A DNA stretch of 64,000 nucleotides from positions 12,289 to 76,288 of IMG/VR virus record IMGVR_UViG_3300038393_000245; one strand, written 5' to 3'. The notes beneath the pieces are model-generated. The model saw only the letters and a list, made by a program, of their open reading frames with translations, ran no database searches and was not told where the DNA came from. Made by a program: the position numbers and the translations under genes. The DNA is from a virus (Duplodnaviria > Heunggongvirae > Uroviricota > Caudoviricetes). Shown piece by piece: positions 61,354 through 64,000 of the stretch. Numbering within the stretch: the stretch's first letter is position 1; each line of letters begins with the position of its first letter.

Positions 61354-63953
61354 GCTGAGACTCCAACCGCTCTAATGTTCCAAATTTTAGGAACAATGGA
61401 CTCATTATTGCTCGTTAGAACTAACTTAACTTGGAACGTGTTGTAAGTATCATGTTTTCCCATCGCAGAATCGTAATACCTGCAAATATATGAATTCGGA
61501 ACATAAGTGAACGCCTGGAATGGATTTCCAGCTTCTTCATTAACACCATCATTAGGTCGACCAATGATATCTATCTTCATATTTCCAGTAGTTAACCCAA
61601 TATCCGTAACTACATCATCAATAGAAATTAGAGTATTATTCGCTATTGATCTGACTACGCTTATCATATAATCTTCTGGGAATAGCTCCGACCAAATTTT
61701 AACAACGTCATTGACGTGCAAATCCACGGTGAATGTTGTTCCAATTCCAACGACATTTGCTTGTCCATTGCTGACCGTTACATCTCCAGATATAGTAGAT
61801 AAAGATTCAGGACAAGTTGGAAGACCATATGTAAATTCTATAATGTCTTTTTCGTCCGTCAGAGAACTTGTTAGAGAAGAGTTGTTACTCTTGATCTCTA
61901 AATGAGTCCAGTCCTTATCGTCAAATGTTTCTTGATCAGAATTACTATGGAGTCTGACATATACGTTTATATCGGTTCCATCTGGTCTATAGGCATCTAG
62001 ATAAACGACTACATCTTCTGCACTTCGATTCTCTACGAACGTTACTTTTTCAGAAATATGACGAGCTAGAGCTTTTCCAATTCCTTTTCTCTCACCCGTG
62101 ATATCATCATTGATTATGTAACTGTAATTGTAGACCTGGCCAGTTTGAACGGTAGGAATAGTGAACGCATTATTAGAAGTAACGGATAATTCGACTATTG
62201 ATGAAGATTTTACTTTAGTCGAAAAATTAGATCCATTAGCAAGGTGAACTACAACATTACTTGAAGATACGGCTTCATTCGATCTAGAAGCAAGAACATA
62301 AACGCGTCCATCGTTATTTTCAAAATCAAAGGTTGGGTTATTAACGTTTAATCTTACTTCTCTGTCCATCGCAGGATTAGATGAATTAAGAACGTGTTCT
62401 AATCCAGGAGTCACATAATATCCAAAGTGTTGAATCACTCTTTCTGTGTGATGCTGATTAGAAATGATTCGAATATCTGGATATGTTCTATGAACTGGAA
62501 CGTTGGTAATAACACATCCACCAACCATAGAATTGGACTGTGCGCCTCTAACACTACATCCAACATCCGGAATCAAATTAGCCGATGTTCCTCCTGAAGT
62601 TGATATAGTGAGGGCAACGTTAGAAGTCATTCCAAAGCCAGAGTTTGTTACTGAAATTCCAGTGATCGTTCCAGATCCATTAGTAACAACATTGGCAGTC
62701 GCGTTAGCGTACGCTGGGATGTATGCAATGTTAGATGGGTCCGATGTATTAGAATCCAATATTGGATATACAGTAACAACGTCTGAATTGCTATATCCAA
62801 TTCCTCCAGAATTTATAGCAATCCCTTCTACTATATTATTCGAAAATCGTATAGATGAATTGGCATTACTATCAGATACTCTTAGAATGTCTGTTTTTCT
62901 TCCAACACACGAAGTGAATGTATTGCTAGTTTGATCGAACAATCTTCCAGTATAAAAATATTCTCCAAGATACTCTAACTGACCAGCTGCGGATATAGAA
63001 AATGTAGCCGTGTTACTAGAAAACTTTGGAAGTCTAACAACTTGGATTTCCGTATTCGAAACAACACTAGCCACTTCAACTACGTCTACGTTGGCAGCTT
63101 GAGTCGAACCGTTTCTAAGAACGATATATTGTTTTTGAGAAACAACAGGATCGATGCTAAGAGTGGTCTCATCTCCAACTGGAGGAGATGGAAGAAGAGT
63201 TGAAAAGTTGATTCCAGAACCGGTAGACTTAATCGATGTTGATGTGGAATCAACAGAGATAGGTCCATAGATAACGGGCGTCTCCTGGAACACCATCTCT
63301 CCTATTTGGAAAGAATTAAACTTATTTGTTTTAGTGTTATACCTATCGAACATAATATATTCGGTAGGATTACATGGAAGCAAATATGTATTCGATATCG
63401 TGTTGGCTGATGTATTAGATGAATACGTAGCTGCAAATACTGAAAACTTTAAGTCAACATTAGTTAATGGTTTCCACGTTCCAGTGTCCGTGGTTCCAGT
63501 AAATTCAAAATACTTTCCCACATTACGAGCAGAAGCTCCACTAGTAATGGTGTTAGTATCTACTAGAGTCTCTCCCTCTCGACAAGTCCATACTTCAAAC
63601 TCTTCAGAACCATCGTAAGAAATGCCAACAGAGTATGTTGTATTCGTTTTAACAATTACAGGAGCAGAGAATTTGAACTTGGTTCTTATCGACGCATCAG
63701 AAGATGGAATAATAGAATCGTATTCTACTCTAGTTACAGACGTTTCTATAACTTTAGTAATGTCAGGAATATCATTGTCCTGAACCATCATGATTGAAAT
63801 GGTCACTCCAGGGTTTGTTATTCCTGATCTATTTCCAGTGGATCTTGGTTTAGATTTAAAGTACAAATCAATACTGTCGAGAGAAACAGTTTCAGAATCT
63901 CTAACGATAGTTTTATCAATATAGAATGTTTGAGCGACTTTGAGCGCCATCAA
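61350..63953 (-). CDS. large virion structural protein (VrlC/DUF4815-like)
   Basis: AQTFY..., IDLYF.SKP, DLKF..F.A.Y N-domain; C-terminal F.VK.VL.S.N...VPKI..R. Confidence 0.7.
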   Translation of the reverse strand: MMALKVAQTFYIDKTIVRDSETVSLDSIDLYFKSKPRSTGNRSGITNPGVTISIMMVQDNDIPDITKVIETSVTRVEYDSIIPSSDASIRTKFKFSAPVIVKTNTTYSVGISYDGSEEFEVWTCREGETLVDTNTITSGASARNVGKYFEFTGTTDTGTWKPLTNVDLKFSVFAATYSSNTSANTISNTYLLPCNPTEYIMFDRYNTKTNKFNSFQIGEMVFQETPVIYGPISVDSTSTSIKSTGSGINFSTLLPSPPVGDETTLSIDPVVSQKQYIVLRNGSTQAANVDVVEVASVVSNTEIQVVRLPKFSSNTATFSISAAGQLEYLGEYFYTGRLFDQTSNTFTSCVGRKTDILRVSDSNANSSIRFSNNIVEGIAINSGGIGYSNSDVVTVYPILDSNTSDPSNIAYIPAYANATANVVTNGSGTITGISVTNSGFGMTSNVALTISTSGGTSANLIPDVGCSVRGAQSNSMVGGCVITNVPVHRTYPDIRIISNQHHTERVIQHFGYYVTPGLEHVLNSSNPAMDREVRLNVNNPTFDFENNDGRVYVLASRSNEAVSSSNVVVHLANGSNFSTKVKSSSIVELSVTSNNAFTIPTVQTGQVYNYSYIINDDITGERKGIGKALARHISEKVTFVENRSAEDVVVYLDAYRPDGTDINVYVRLHSNSDQETFDDKDWTHLEIKSNNSSLTSSLTDEKDIIEFTYGLPTCPESLSTISGDVTVSNGQANVVGIGTTFTVDLHVNDVVKIWSELFPEDYMISVVRSIANNTLISIDDVVTDIGLTTGNMKIDIIGRPNDGVNEEAGNPFQAFTYVPNSYICRYYDSAMGKHDTYNTFQVKLVLTSNNESIVPKIWNIRAVGVSA

Positions 63954-64000
63954 GTTCTCCGTACTTTAATAGTACTTATACGTTATTTACCATGCCACCA

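Noticed and set aside
664-63618. Numerous short antisense or alternate-frame ORFs inside large genes (e.g. 664-915, 3139-3360, 38892-39164, 43701-44135, 54045-54428, 59666-60289)
   Set aside because: They are shadow ORFs of well-supported genes or of collagen repeats, with no RBS or motifs

Overview
A 64-kb stretch of a large T4-like myophage genome (T4 core gene homologues; the host is Gram-negative, probably alphaproteobacterial, by inference from spanins and an RcGTA-like spike-base gene). Almost all genes are on the minus strand. In coordinate order: DNA polymerase gp43; a plus-strand lysis cassette (GH19 endolysin, i-spanin, o-spanin); an array of about 36 tRNA or tRNA-like genes (about 5.6-12.6 kb) covering all 20 amino acids, with many atypical structures and several unassigned structured RNAs; regA-62-44-45; a 10-kb nucleotide-modification block; gp46/47/55, uvsW/uvsY; the head, tail and packaging genes gp3-23-22-21-67-20-19-18-17-16-15-14-13; and collagen-like fibre genes flanking an inverted glycosyltransferase / FkbM methyltransferase / 2OG-Fe(II) oxygenase operon. 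The strongest candidate for an undescribed system is the modification block. It places a T4 gp42-type dCMP hydroxymethylase beside an intact-looking myo-inositol-1-phosphate synthase, a HAD phosphatase, an aGPT-PPlase-like DNA base transferase, an SGNH-like protein and a divergent C5 methyltransferase. This suggests a cytosine hypermodification using inositol, which is inference and untested. All family assignments come from motif recognition by eye; no database searches were run.
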